Shown piece after piece: positions 8,288 to 21,150 of a DNA stretch of 40,331 nucleotides. The stretch's first letter is position 1. Every line of letters starts with the position of its first letter. Source of the stretch: an uncultured Oscillospiraceae bacterium (GTDB lineage: Bacteria > Bacillota > Clostridia > Oscillospirales > Acutalibacteraceae); assembly GCA_900548085.1 (NCBI GenBank), contig URJF01000001.1, forward strand, positions 1 through 40,331, given 5' to 3'. The notes below the pieces were generated by a model, which saw only the letters and a list, made by a program, of their open reading frames with translations, was not told where the DNA came from and searched no databases. A program made the translations under genes and the position numbers.

Positions 8288-10948
8288 TTAGAACTCTATC
8301 GTTTTTGTTTCTCCGGCTTTAAAAGCAAGTGTTTTTTTAGCTTTACCGTAAGAAATATTCAATGTTTGGTCAATATCGGAGGTTATCTCGGCTGTAACCT
8401 TTTTTGTATGATTGTCCCACTGCAATTTTTTAACCACAGCACGGTTTCGTGTGCGGACACCTGTAAGTGTTCCGCTGTCAAAGCCGCTGTCAGGCAATGC
8501 CGGAAGAAGTCCTATATCGCTGTCGTGAGAATAAACAAGTGCCTCATTTACTATACCCAAATAACCGATAACAAAATCTGTACAATAGCAGCTTCCCCGG
8601 TCATAGTCGTGGTTAGTCATAAGAGAATTGTATCTAATCTTATGATTCATAAGATTAAGCAAAGCGTCGGTGAGTGAGGCAGAGTCCTTCAGTCGAGCTG
8701 AGATAAGAGAACGGTGCACAAGAGCGTGAGACGCTTCGTTTTCACTCTTTCTGTTAGCTATTGCCTGCTCGCATGCCTTGGTCAATCCGGGATTATTTTG
8801 AGTCTCGAACAAAGGCCAAACACCATAAAGGTGGCTCAAGTGTCGATGCTCATTATTCTCCTGAAAAGCGGTAGTCGCCCACTCCTTAAGAGCACCTGTA
8901 TCGTCATAAAGATAAGGCGGGAGATTATTCTTCAACTCTTGCCAACGAGTTACATCCGTCTCGGGTGACACCTCCTCGGACACTGCCAAAAGCATATCAA
9001 TATTGTCACGACAAGCAGAAATGTCTATAGCGCAATTTGCATCTGACGGGCTGGGATAATTCTTAGGATTATTTTCAGGGGAATAGCTGGGAAGAATACA
9101 ATATTTTTCATCGGAATTTAATTCTTTCTTTCCCTTTTCGTAATGGATAGAACCGTCAGCGGCGGTATAGTACTCAGGTGTAAGCAGCTGTGCCCAATAG
9201 TTCGCCGATTTAATAAGCAGAGGATAAAGAACATCTTCCTCAAGTCTAAGATATCCACGCTTTTTGACAGCCAAAATATCCTCGTCACTCAAATCCTTTT
9301 CTGTAGGTGAGAGAACAGATTTCAACTCATTCAAATCAAACTCATCACTGAGAGGAATATTTATGTTTCCATAGGTCTGCAATGTCTCATACAGAGGCTG
9401 AATCATCCAAGAGGTACCTGCGTTCCAATATCTGAACGGATAGGGATAGCAAGTCTCGGTAATAACCGCCTTGTCGCCGTCGGTATTGACCGGTGCCTGA
9501 ATAGCATCGGTATAGCCGTGGGTGGCTCTCGCATTTTCCTCCCAATCAGGGAGCTGACGGAGAATAAAATAAGTATAACCGATAGGTGTACTCGACATAT
9601 TGCCGGTATTCATAGATGAGGTCTGCAGATTAACATTAGCATCCATAGTATATTTACTGCCCCAGCCCGTGTTCCACTCTCCTGTCCACATACCATAGAG
9701 ACGGCTTGTAGAATAGCCGGAACAACAGAGATAGGCATATCTGCCGGCATAATATGTACGCTGCGCAAGAGCCGAATTGATTTCCTTTTTGCCCTTTTGT
9801 TCACTCAGCAGCGCCTCATTAGAAGAAGTATTATCGTCATCGAGAGTCAGAGTAACAGCATCAAACTGAGGCTGATAGAGCTTTAGATGCTCTGCCAGAG
9901 CGGTTTTATAATCAAAACTGCCGGAGGTACCATACTTTTTTGCAACAGCAGAAAGTGTAGACACGCAATCGGACACAAGAGGATACTCCTCCGTTTTGTC
10001 AAAATCGGAATAAGCACCCATATCATAGGTACGGTCACTGACAGTAATAAGATAAATGCTGTCGGCACCGCTGACCTTTACTCCCGTATTTTCACCAAAG
10101 AACTGTGATTCATCAGTCTTTTTGTCCAAAGAGATTTTTTCCTTTTTACCGTCGGTAACTATATAAGTGACAGTAGCATAGCCGCCGTTTTTCAGCTCAC
10201 TGTTCTTGTAGTCGGGATAGTGAGCCACGATACCGAGGTATGAGCCGTCAGAAGCGGTAACCTTTTTATATCTTAGGTTCACCTCGTCACTGTCGCCGAA
10301 ATTGGCGAGAGTTGAAATATCATCATAGGACAATGTCACAGTAGCTTTTTTGCCTGACGATGATGCAGTGAGTTCGGTAATTGACACGCCGTCTGCCATA
10401 GAAGTAAAAGATTTTCGTTCCCATGTGCCGTCTGTATCGGTATAGCGAACACCGGTTTGTGAAGTCTCGTAGTCTGTGTAAGAAACATAATCCTTTTCGT
10501 GATGCTTTTCAGACTCAACACGGAGCTGACCTCCGGGGTGATAGCGGTACACATCATCATAGCTTGCATCGTCGGTAATATCCTTTCCACTGATGATATT
10601 CTGCTTTACCGTTTCCAGCTCGTCAGAGGTATCGGGACAAGTACGCTGATTTTCATTAGGCATAATAAAGTGCATATTTTGGAAAATAAAAGTATCGCTG
10701 TAAGGAGAGCCTGAGGTAACATAACCAACCAAGCCGTTACCCGACACCATGCCTTGCCTCCATTTGTTAGTCTTATTTTTTTTGTTTTTCTTCAGCGTAA
10801 CATACTCACGGGTGTATGACACCTTTGAGGTATCAGTGAACACAGACTTTAGGTCAAGGTCCTTTTTGTCAGCTGTGCAGGAACAAAAAGACAAAGTGAA
10901 TGTTGCACAAAGGGCAATGCTGATAATTTTCTTTAATAAGTTTTTCAT
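8288..10948 (-). CDS. GH95-like glycoside hydrolase (alpha-L-fucosidase/alpha-L-galactosidase-like) lipoprotein
   Basis: Lipobox FCSC, plus GNG..G, AGRYAYL, LYGMW..W.SKYT..AN, PSYSPEN, LKEW, HRHLSHLYGVWP and LLPALP motifs typical of GH95. Confidence 0.75.
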   Translation of the reverse strand: MKNLLKKIISIALCATFTLSFCSCTADKKDLDLKSVFTDTSKVSYTREYVTLKKNKKNKTNKWRQGMVSGNGLVGYVTSGSPYSDTFIFQNMHFIMPNENQRTCPDTSDELETVKQNIISGKDITDDASYDDVYRYHPGGQLRVESEKHHEKDYVSYTDYETSQTGVRYTDTDGTWERKSFTSMADGVSITELTASSSGKKATVTLSYDDISTLANFGDSDEVNLRYKKVTASDGSYLGIVAHYPDYKNSELKNGGYATVTYIVTDGKKEKISLDKKTDESQFFGENTGVKVSGADSIYLITVSDRTYDMGAYSDFDKTEEYPLVSDCVSTLSAVAKKYGTSGSFDYKTALAEHLKLYQPQFDAVTLTLDDDNTSSNEALLSEQKGKKEINSALAQRTYYAGRYAYLCCSGYSTSRLYGMWTGEWNTGWGSKYTMDANVNLQTSSMNTGNMSSTPIGYTYFILRQLPDWEENARATHGYTDAIQAPVNTDGDKAVITETCYPYPFRYWNAGTSWMIQPLYETLQTYGNINIPLSDEFDLNELKSVLSPTEKDLSDEDILAVKKRGYLRLEEDVLYPLLIKSANYWAQLLTPEYYTAADGSIHYEKGKKELNSDEKYCILPSYSPENNPKNYPSPSDANCAIDISACRDNIDMLLAVSEEVSPETDVTRWQELKNNLPPYLYDDTGALKEWATTAFQENNEHRHLSHLYGVWPLFETQNNPGLTKACEQAIANRKSENEASHALVHRSLISARLKDSASLTDALLNLMNHKIRYNSLMTNHDYDRGSCYCTDFVIGYLGIVNEALVYSHDSDIGLLPALPDSGFDSGTLTGVRTRNRAVVKKLQWDNHTKKVTAEITSDIDQTLNISYGKAKKTLAFKAGETKTIEF

Positions 10949-10964
10949 ATTGTTTCTCCTAAAA

Positions 10965-12326
10965 TTATTTAATGGGCAGAACAGCGTCGCTGTCCGGATA
11001 ACCCGAATCGTACAGCACTCCTCTGATTACAGCGTCAATCTCATCCGTGCCCAGCACCTTATGCACAAGGGGAGCAATGCGGCTGTATATCGCCATAAAG
11101 GAATCATACTCGGCAGTGTCGGGAGCAAAAGGCTCGTCGCCGCCGTACATATTTGTGACGAGAGTAATAATGAAATCGGCGAGCTTTGTATCATACATTC
11201 TCGGTGCGATTTTGCTCTTACAACCTAACAGGATACCGGCTTTCTTAAATGTCAGTGAGTCGAGAATTTTACCTAAAATATTTATTGGAACAGCGAGTTT
11301 TTTCGCTTTTTCTTTCGGCAGGCTGAAGCTCTCGCTAAGCTCACAAAAGCGGTCAATATCGTGGGCGGCAGAATACAAAATGTCTTTGAGCATAAACTGA
11401 AAATGCTCTCTGAGATACTGCATATAGCCCATTGACCTTTGGTCATAATCCATATGGTCGATATGATAGGTTTTTACCGTCATACTGTCGTCTGCCAGCT
11501 CCATCTTTCTGATAGGTGACGGATAGCTGATTAGGCTGGCAGTATTTATGTCATATATCCTGCTGCCGCATTTTGCGTCTAAGTAGGCAATATTTTGCAT
11601 ATGTGTGTGACCGCTGATATAAAAATGCACTCCGTAAGATGCGAAAAGCTCCGCCATTTTTTCGCAATCTCCTAACATTTGGTCCTTGCAATAAAAGGCG
11701 TAAAACGGTGACGGCGGCAAAAGCGGATGGTGTCCCATAACGAGCATACGGTCTCCGCTGTCCTTGCCTGCTTGCAGCTGCTCCTTTATCCACCGGAGCT
11801 GCGGCTGAAAATAGCCGTGAAAACCGTCCTCAAACCCAATGCCGTCATCATTCAGCACGAGCAGACGGGTGCTGTCATTCAGCTTCGATACATAAGAAAA
11901 TGTATCGGGGTGGCGAGCTATGGCATCATTATAACCGAACTCGCCGTAAATCTCTATCAGCTCCTCACGAGTACAGCCCTCGGTCACATATTCTCCTCGT
12001 TCTGCTGAATACGCCTTAGGCTCAGGGTGAAGGTCATGGGTGCCGGTCAGCACAAAAACACGCTTCCCGCCGTCAGTGAGACGACGCAATTTTTTCTGCA
12101 ATGACAAATGTCCCACAAGCTCGCCGTCGCACACATTGTCGCCGCTGACGAGTACAATATCCGTGTCAGCATCTTTCAGCAAAAAATCAATGGTTGCATC
12201 AATAATTGCTTCGCTTTCTGCGATACACTTTTGGTCATAAGCGGCACGAGTTTCCCACTCCTTACCGGAGGCGTTCATCTCCCGTACAGGATAATAATGC
12301 AAATCGGTAATCTGATAAAATTTCAT
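10965..12326 (-). CDS. calcineurin-like metallophosphoesterase
   Basis: TDLH, SGD, GTHD, GHHP and SGHTH motifs. Confidence 0.82.
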   Translation of the reverse strand: MKFYQITDLHYYPVREMNASGKEWETRAAYDQKCIAESEAIIDATIDFLLKDADTDIVLVSGDNVCDGELVGHLSLQKKLRRLTDGGKRVFVLTGTHDLHPEPKAYSAERGEYVTEGCTREELIEIYGEFGYNDAIARHPDTFSYVSKLNDSTRLLVLNDDGIGFEDGFHGYFQPQLRWIKEQLQAGKDSGDRMLVMGHHPLLPPSPFYAFYCKDQMLGDCEKMAELFASYGVHFYISGHTHMQNIAYLDAKCGSRIYDINTASLISYPSPIRKMELADDSMTVKTYHIDHMDYDQRSMGYMQYLREHFQFMLKDILYSAAHDIDRFCELSESFSLPKEKAKKLAVPINILGKILDSLTFKKAGILLGCKSKIAPRMYDTKLADFIITLVTNMYGGDEPFAPDTAEYDSFMAIYSRIAPLVHKVLGTDEIDAVIRGVLYDSGYPDSDAVLPIK

Positions 12327-12371
12327 AATATCACCACTATAAAAATATCACATATAAACCCTTTAGTCAAC

Positions 12372-12403
12372 AAAAATCCCCTTGCCCTAAGGCAAAGGGG
12401 AAA
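12372..12403 (-). terminator. terminator after the aldolase gene
   Basis: TCCCCTTGCC-CTAA-GGCAAAGGGGA stem with an A-tract on the left (U-tract on the minus strand). Confidence 0.65.
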
Positions 12404-12416
12404 GCAGAGAAAAATT

Positions 12417-13394
12417 TTAGAAATTATCGAGAAGTGATTTGTAGAACTCACAGTAGTCGCCTCTGCCGTCGGCAGTGAACGCCATAGCTTCTCTCGGGTG
12501 ACGATTGAGCTGACCGGTGAACATATACTGCAGGTCATAGCCCCAAACAATGCCGCTCTGCTTAAGCGGAATCATATATTTTTCGATAAAGGTCAGGAGG
12601 CTGTAGAGGCTGTACTTTGGATTTTTAAGAAATCCCAAAAGCAGCTCCATAGCACAGTTGCCGGCACCTCTGCCCATACCCATAGCGGTAGCGTCAAGAT
12701 AAGACACACCGTAGGACATAGTCTCGATAGTGTTTGCAAAAGCAAGATTTTGGTTATTATGGGCGTGGAAGCCGACCTTCTTGCCGGCCTTTTCGGCATA
12801 CTCAATATATTTTTGTGCCAAAGCGGCAGCATTCTCCGGATAAAGAGAGCCGTAGCTGTCAACAAGGTAAATTACATCCACATTAGATGCACAGAGCATC
12901 TCCAATGCTGTCTCAACCTGTTCATCGCTTGCCTGTGAAATAGCCATAATATTGCAGGTGGTCTCGTAGCCTAAATCGTGGAAATATTCTATCATCTCCA
13001 CAGCGGCAGGAATCTGGTGAATGTAACAAGCCACACGAACCATATCTATCACGCTGTCGCTCTTAGGCAAAAAGTCTGTCTTAAAATCGCATCTGCCCAC
13101 ATCTGCCATAACGGAAATTTTCATATCCGAGATATTATCGCCGACTATGGCACGAATATCCTCCTCGTTGCAGAACTTCCACTTGCCGAATTTGGCAGGG
13201 TCAAAGAGGTTTTTGCTCGCCTTGTAACCGAACTCCATATAATCTACTCCGCTCTTGATATTAGTTTTATACAGTTCGGTCACGAACTCATCTGTAAATT
13301 CAAAATTATTGCACAAACCGCCGTCACGGATTGTGGCGTCCAAGACTTTTACATCGTCACGGACTGACATCAGATTGCCTTTTCTCCCAGACAT
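12417..13394 (-). CDS. DRE-TIM/HMGL-like aldolase (4-hydroxy-2-oxovalerate aldolase-like catalytic domain)
   Basis: LDATIRDGG, YLVDSYGSL, GFHAHNN and GMGRGAGN motifs. Confidence 0.8.
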   Translation of the reverse strand: MSGRKGNLMSVRDDVKVLDATIRDGGLCNNFEFTDEFVTELYKTNIKSGVDYMEFGYKASKNLFDPAKFGKWKFCNEEDIRAIVGDNISDMKISVMADVGRCDFKTDFLPKSDSVIDMVRVACYIHQIPAAVEMIEYFHDLGYETTCNIMAISQASDEQVETALEMLCASNVDVIYLVDSYGSLYPENAAALAQKYIEYAEKAGKKVGFHAHNNQNLAFANTIETMSYGVSYLDATAMGMGRGAGNCAMELLLGFLKNPKYSLYSLLTFIEKYMIPLKQSGIVWGYDLQYMFTGQLNRHPREAMAFTADGRGDYCEFYKSLLDNF

Positions 13395-13451
13395 AATAAA
13401 TCCTCGCTTTCATGTCACTTTAGCACTTTAAAGTTTTTATGTGTTGAAGTG

Positions 13452-13480
13452 ATTATAACACTGTCGAAATAAAATGTCAA
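13452..13480 (-). promoter_or_regulatory. consensus sigma-A promoter with a Spo0A box in the spacer
   Basis: TTGACA-17bp-TATAAT with TG extension. TGTCGAA lies at 13462-13468. Confidence 0.8.
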
Positions 13481-13532
13481 TAGAAAAATGTATAAAAATA
13501 TGCTCCTACTATTATATACATTATATATATGC

Positions 13533-13564
13533 AAAAAAGAGACCTCTGCATTTGCAAAGGTCTC
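13533..13564 (-). terminator. terminator after secA
   Basis: GAGACCTCTGCA/TGCAAAGGTCTC stem with an A6 tract on the left. Confidence 0.75.
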
Positions 13565-13580
13565 CTAAAATCATATCAGA

Positions 13581-16376
13581 TTATCTTTTCTTTTTTGTAG
13601 AGTTACGCTCTTTTTCCTTAGCTTCTGCCTCAGCTGCAAGTTTTGCAGGAGAGCCGCAGCACTTCTTATACTTCTTGCCGCTGCCGCAAGGACATGGGTC
13701 GTTAGGACCTACCTTCTTTTCCTTACGGATAGTGGTAATCTTAACTTCTTCGTCACTGCTGGAGGAAGTAGAAGTAATCTTAGCCACAGCCTTACGCTGA
13801 ACATCTGCCTTATGGCGAGGCATAAGGGTGAGCATCATTTTGGATGTATCCTCTCTGATGCAAGCGGTCATCTCATCGAACATATCGTAAGATTCCATAC
13901 GGAATGCAACAACAGGATCCTGCTGAGCGTAGGAACGGAGGTGGATACCTCTCTTAAGGTCTTCCATAGCGTCGATATGATCCATCCAATAGGTATCAAC
14001 ATTACGCAGGAGTACCATACGAGCGAAATCCTGGAACATTTCTTCGCCGAGAATCTTGCTCTTTTCTTCGATACGCTTATGCGCTCTGTCTTGGAGAAGC
14101 TCTACAGCGTCGAGAACGGTGAGATTTTCTATATCGGTAAAGTCGTCATCGTCACAGATGAGCCATGACTTGTACTTTTCTTTAAGGCCTTCTACATTCC
14201 AATCCTCTTTTTTCTCTCCGGAGAAGTAGTTCTCTACAGTGTCCTTAATATTTTGGTCTATCATCTTTGTGATAGTCTCAGTAAGGTCAATGCCGTCGAG
14301 AACCATATCACGCTGCTTGTAAATAAGCTCACGCTGACGGTTCATAACATCGTCGTACTGGAGTGTATTCTTACGGATGCCGAAGTTACGGCCCTCTACC
14401 TTTTGCTGTGAGGACTCAATAGTCTTAGTAACGAGCTTAGATACGATAGGCATATCCTCGTCGTCTGTGAGCTTGCTCATCATACGCTGCATACGGTCGC
14501 CGCCGAACAGACGCATAAGGTCGTCCTCGAGAGAAAGGAAGAACTGGCTGACGCCGGGGTCACCCTGACGGCCGGCACGACCACGGAGCTGATTGTCGAT
14601 ACGACGAGCATCGTGACGCTCTGTACCGAGGATAAACAAACCGCCTGCCTTGCGTACCTTGTCTGCCTCTTCTTTAATTTCTTCTTTATACTTAGCTTCA
14701 AGCTCGATGAATGTCTTTCTTGCTGCAAGGATTTCCTCATCGTCGGTCTCTGCAAAACCGGTAGCCTCGGCAATCATCTCGTTCTTGAACTTCATCTTCT
14801 TCATCTGTGCTTTAGCCAGGAACTCTGCGTTACCGCCGAGCATAATATCGGTACCACGGCCTGCCATGTTAGTAGCGATGGTAACTGCGCCGTACTTACC
14901 TGCCTGAGCGACAATCTCAGCCTCTTTTTCGTGGTTCTTAGCATTCAGCACATTGTGAGGGATGCCAGCCTGCTTAAGCAGCTTAGACAAATGCTCTGAT
15001 TTTTCGATACTGATAGTACCTACCAAAACAGGCTGTCCTTTTTCGTGACATTCTTTTATCTGCTTGATAACATTGTGGTACTTGCCCTTTTCGGTTTGGA
15101 AAATAACATCCGGTCTGTCGTCACGGATAAGAGGTTTGTTAGTCGGGATGGCAACAACATCCAGCTTGTAGATTTCATCAAACTCGTTAGCCTCTGTAGC
15201 GGCAGTACCTGTCATACCGGACAGCTTGTCGTACAGACGGAAGTAGTTCTGGAAGGTGATAGTAGCGAGAGTCTTGCTTTCGTGCTCAACCTTTACGCCC
15301 TCTTTTGCTTCCAATGCCTGATGGAGACCTTCGTTGTAGCGACGGCCCTCCATAATACGACCGGTAAACTCATCGACAATCTTAACCTGACCGTCTTTTA
15401 CTACATAGTCGATATCACGAGTCATAACACCGTAAGCCTTTATGGCTTGGTCAATATGGTGGCGGAGAGTAGTATTTTCGATGTCCATAAGGTTTTCTAC
15501 CTTAAAGAATTCCTCTGCCTTTTTGATACCGCTCTTAAGGAGTGTGGCTGTCTTAGCCTTTTCGTCTACAACATAGTCGCCGTCGTAGTTTTCTTCGGTA
15601 TCTTGCTTGTCGTCGGTCTTAGCAACCTTGACCATAGTAAGAGTCTTGGCAAAAGCGTTGGCCTGACGATAGAGGTCTGTGGACTGGTCGCCCTTGCCGC
15701 TGATGATAAGAGGTGTACGAGCCTCATCAATAAGGATGGAGTCAACCTCATCGACGATAGCAAAAATGTGTCCTCTCTGAACCTTACGCTCTTTGTAAGG
15801 AACCATATTGTCACGAAGATAGTCAAAGCCCATCTCGTTGTTGGTACCGTAAGTAATGTCGGAGTTGTATGCCTCCTGACGCTCACCGTCACTCTTTTCG
15901 TGAATAATAAGACCTACTGAGAGACCGAGGAATCTGTAGAGCTTGCCCATCCACTCGGAGTCACGCTTTGCAAGATAATCGTTTACGGTAACGATATGAA
16001 CGCCCTTGCCTGTAAGTGCGTTAAGATAAGCAGGGAGAGTAGCAACGAGGGTTTTACCTTCACCTGTTTTCATCTCTGCGATACGGCCCTGGTGGAGAAC
16101 GATACCACCGATAAGCTGAACATCAAAGTGGCGCATACCGAGCACACGGTCGGAAGCCTCACGGCACACTGCGAATGCGTCGGGCAATATGTCGTCCAAA
16201 GTTTCGCCCTTTGACAGTCTTTCTTTCAATAATTTTGTTTGGGATGCAAGCTCCTTGTCATCCATTTCTTTGTACTTGCTCTCCAAAGCGTTGATTTTGT
16301 CAACGGTCTTTTTGAGCTTTTTAACCTCTTTTTTGGAATAATCGCCAAAAATTGCGGTTACAAATTTGTTTGCCAT
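13581..16376 (-). CDS. secA: preprotein translocase subunit SecA
   Basis: EMKTGEGKT, VDEVDSILIDEARTPLIIS, QLRGRAGRQGDPG and the SEC-C motif CPCGSGKKYKKCC. Confidence 0.98.
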   Translation of the reverse strand: MANKFVTAIFGDYSKKEVKKLKKTVDKINALESKYKEMDDKELASQTKLLKERLSKGETLDDILPDAFAVCREASDRVLGMRHFDVQLIGGIVLHQGRIAEMKTGEGKTLVATLPAYLNALTGKGVHIVTVNDYLAKRDSEWMGKLYRFLGLSVGLIIHEKSDGERQEAYNSDITYGTNNEMGFDYLRDNMVPYKERKVQRGHIFAIVDEVDSILIDEARTPLIISGKGDQSTDLYRQANAFAKTLTMVKVAKTDDKQDTEENYDGDYVVDEKAKTATLLKSGIKKAEEFFKVENLMDIENTTLRHHIDQAIKAYGVMTRDIDYVVKDGQVKIVDEFTGRIMEGRRYNEGLHQALEAKEGVKVEHESKTLATITFQNYFRLYDKLSGMTGTAATEANEFDEIYKLDVVAIPTNKPLIRDDRPDVIFQTEKGKYHNVIKQIKECHEKGQPVLVGTISIEKSEHLSKLLKQAGIPHNVLNAKNHEKEAEIVAQAGKYGAVTIATNMAGRGTDIMLGGNAEFLAKAQMKKMKFKNEMIAEATGFAETDDEEILAARKTFIELEAKYKEEIKEEADKVRKAGGLFILGTERHDARRIDNQLRGRAGRQGDPGVSQFFLSLEDDLMRLFGGDRMQRMMSKLTDDEDMPIVSKLVTKTIESSQQKVEGRNFGIRKNTLQYDDVMNRQRELIYKQRDMVLDGIDLTETITKMIDQNIKDTVENYFSGEKKEDWNVEGLKEKYKSWLICDDDDFTDIENLTVLDAVELLQDRAHKRIEEKSKILGEEMFQDFARMVLLRNVDTYWMDHIDAMEDLKRGIHLRSYAQQDPVVAFRMESYDMFDEMTACIREDTSKMMLTLMPRHKADVQRKAVAKITSTSSSSDEEVKITTIRKEKKVGPNDPCPCGSGKKYKKCCGSPAKLAAEAEAKEKERNSTKKKR

Positions 16377-16417
16377 CTATTTCACCTCTTGGTTTATTTG
16401 CGTTTAGATACCAAAAT

Positions 16418-16446
16418 ATTTTATCATACTTTAGTCTTATTGTCAA
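16418..16446 (-). promoter_or_regulatory. sigma-A promoter of secA
   Basis: TTGACA-17bp-TAAAAT with TG extension. Confidence 0.75.
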
Positions 16447-16474
16447 ACTAAATAAATAATATAATATATATTTA

Positions 16475-17101
16475 TTATTTTTTGGCACTTGTGCTCTGCG
16501 TTTTTTTGCCTACAATGGTCTGAACGGCACCTAATGCACCGCCGCTGACAGCATCCTCGGAGGCATCATCAAAATTGAGAACAAGATTATGTTTGCTCTG
16601 TGTGATGCTGATTTCGAGGGTTGTATCGATTTTTGTATTCACCTTAGATATATTGTCGGTCAAATCGGCGAGCGAAGTATTAAGAAATTCGTCGTCATTG
16701 AGCTTTTGAAGCAGTTGAAGATTGCTGTATTTGCTCGTAACATCCACGGCAAAGGAAGACGCAACGGACTGCAAGTCTTTGTTTGTGATGTGGACAGTGA
16801 CAGTCTTTTTGGTCAAATCCACGGACTGAACCTCCATCTCCAAATCGGCAAAAATACTCTTGCCCAAATCGGAAAACTGGCTCTTGTTCTTCGCAAGATT
16901 AAGAATATATGTGAGAGTGCTGCTCTTTACATATTTTTCTAGCTTTTTTCGGTCAAAATCACGGAGTGCCTGCTGCACTGTAGCCACGGTCTCGGTGACA
17001 TTATCCTCGGTCATTTTTGCACCGCCGGAACAAGCGGAAAAGCCTGCAACAATACACAGGCACAGGAGCACAGCCACTGTTTTCTTTAGAATATTTTTCA
17101 T
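16475..17101 (-). CDS. hypothetical lipoprotein
   Basis: Signal peptide with FSAC lipobox and a GAGG RBS. Confidence 0.7.
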   Translation of the reverse strand: MKNILKKTVAVLLCLCIVAGFSACSGGAKMTEDNVTETVATVQQALRDFDRKKLEKYVKSSTLTYILNLAKNKSQFSDLGKSIFADLEMEVQSVDLTKKTVTVHITNKDLQSVASSFAVDVTSKYSNLQLLQKLNDDEFLNTSLADLTDNISKVNTKIDTTLEISITQSKHNLVLNFDDASEDAVSGGALGAVQTIVGKKTQSTSAKK

Positions 17102-17213
17102 AAAAATACCTCATCATAGTATAGTATTGAATCAGCGATTTTTGACATCGCAATACAATTATATAGTTTAGGCACGGTCAATGCAACCGCAAAAGTAAAT
17201 TTTAACAAAAAAA

Positions 17214-17253
17214 TTGCAATTTGAAACACTATATGGTATAATCACCGTGATTA
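17214..17253 (+). promoter_or_regulatory. sigma-A promoter with an overlapping palindromic operator
   Basis: TTGCAA-17bp-TATAAT (TG extended). The palindrome TAATCAC-C-GTGATTA lies at 17239-17253. Confidence 0.7.
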
Positions 17254-17318
17254 CATACTCTATATATTGGGATGTTATGCCCACAGAGGCAGAGTAGGAT
17301 GTCATCGAGGACGAATAA

Positions 17319-17936
17319 ATGAAAGAATTTTTGAATAAGTATTTCGGTCCTACGAAGTGGAAAAGGCTGTTTGACATAGTTTTTTCTTTCTTGGGACTAA
17401 TATTGCTGTCGCCGCTTTTTTTGGTGATATGCACAATCAACTTTTTTACACCGGACTGCAAGGTATTTTTCAGCCACGAACGCAGAGGACGAAAGGGTAA
17501 ACCCTTCAGGATTTACAAGTTCCAAACTATGAAAAACAGTACACCTAACTGCGCTACAGGCGAGCTGGAAAATCCCGAGCAATACATCACAAAGTTCGGC
17601 AAAATACTGCGAAAAACCAGTCTCGACGAGCTGCCGCAGCTATGGAACATACTGAAAGGTGATATGAGCTTTGTCGGTCCGAGACCTCTCATCTCAAGTG
17701 AAATAAGGGCTCACAGACTTAGGCTGGAATACGGTGTATACCGTTTTCGTCCCGGGCTGACCGGATGGGCACAAATCAACGGTCGTGACGACATCTCGAT
17801 TATGAAAAAGATGAAGCTTGACAAGGAATACTGCGACAAATGGAGTCTCAAACTGGATTTGATTATCCTGATACGCTCCGTAGGTACAGTAATCACCCAA
17901 AAGGGCTTTAGAGAAGGCAAAATACACAGAAGATAA
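17319..17936 (+). CDS. bacterial sugar transferase (monotopic phosphoglycosyl transferase, PglC/EpsE-like)
   Basis: KRLFDI, FRIYKFQTM, LRKTSLDELPQLWNILKGDMSFVGPRP and RPGLTGWAQINGR motifs. Confidence 0.92.
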   Translation: MKEFLNKYFGPTKWKRLFDIVFSFLGLILLSPLFLVICTINFFTPDCKVFFSHERRGRKGKPFRIYKFQTMKNSTPNCATGELENPEQYITKFGKILRKTSLDELPQLWNILKGDMSFVGPRPLISSEIRAHRLRLEYGVYRFRPGLTGWAQINGRDDISIMKKMKLDKEYCDKWSLKLDLIILIRSVGTVITQKGFREGKIHRR

Positions 17937-21017
<3,081 letters not shown>

Positions 21018-21054
21018 TATGAGACAAAGTAACCGAATATGAGTCAAATTATTC

Positions 21055-21083
21055 TTGACAAAACAAAAGCCAAGTATTATATT
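21055..21083 (+). promoter_or_regulatory. sigma-A promoter of the radical SAM gene
   Basis: TTGACA-17bp-TATATT. Confidence 0.7.
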
Positions 21084-21150
21084 TGTATATACATGAAAAC
21101 AACTGAACGAATGTCTATTATTTAAACTACGTGTGAGAGAGGTAAGCAAA

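Noticed and set aside
14650..14830. Insertion in SecA after TDIMLGG
   Set aside because: It matches the known variable (VAR) subdomain of SecA and is not an intein.
17101..17319. Switch from mostly minus- to mostly plus-strand genes as a possible origin
   Set aside because: No DnaA boxes here. Ordinary divergent promoters explain it, and skew cannot be computed by eye.
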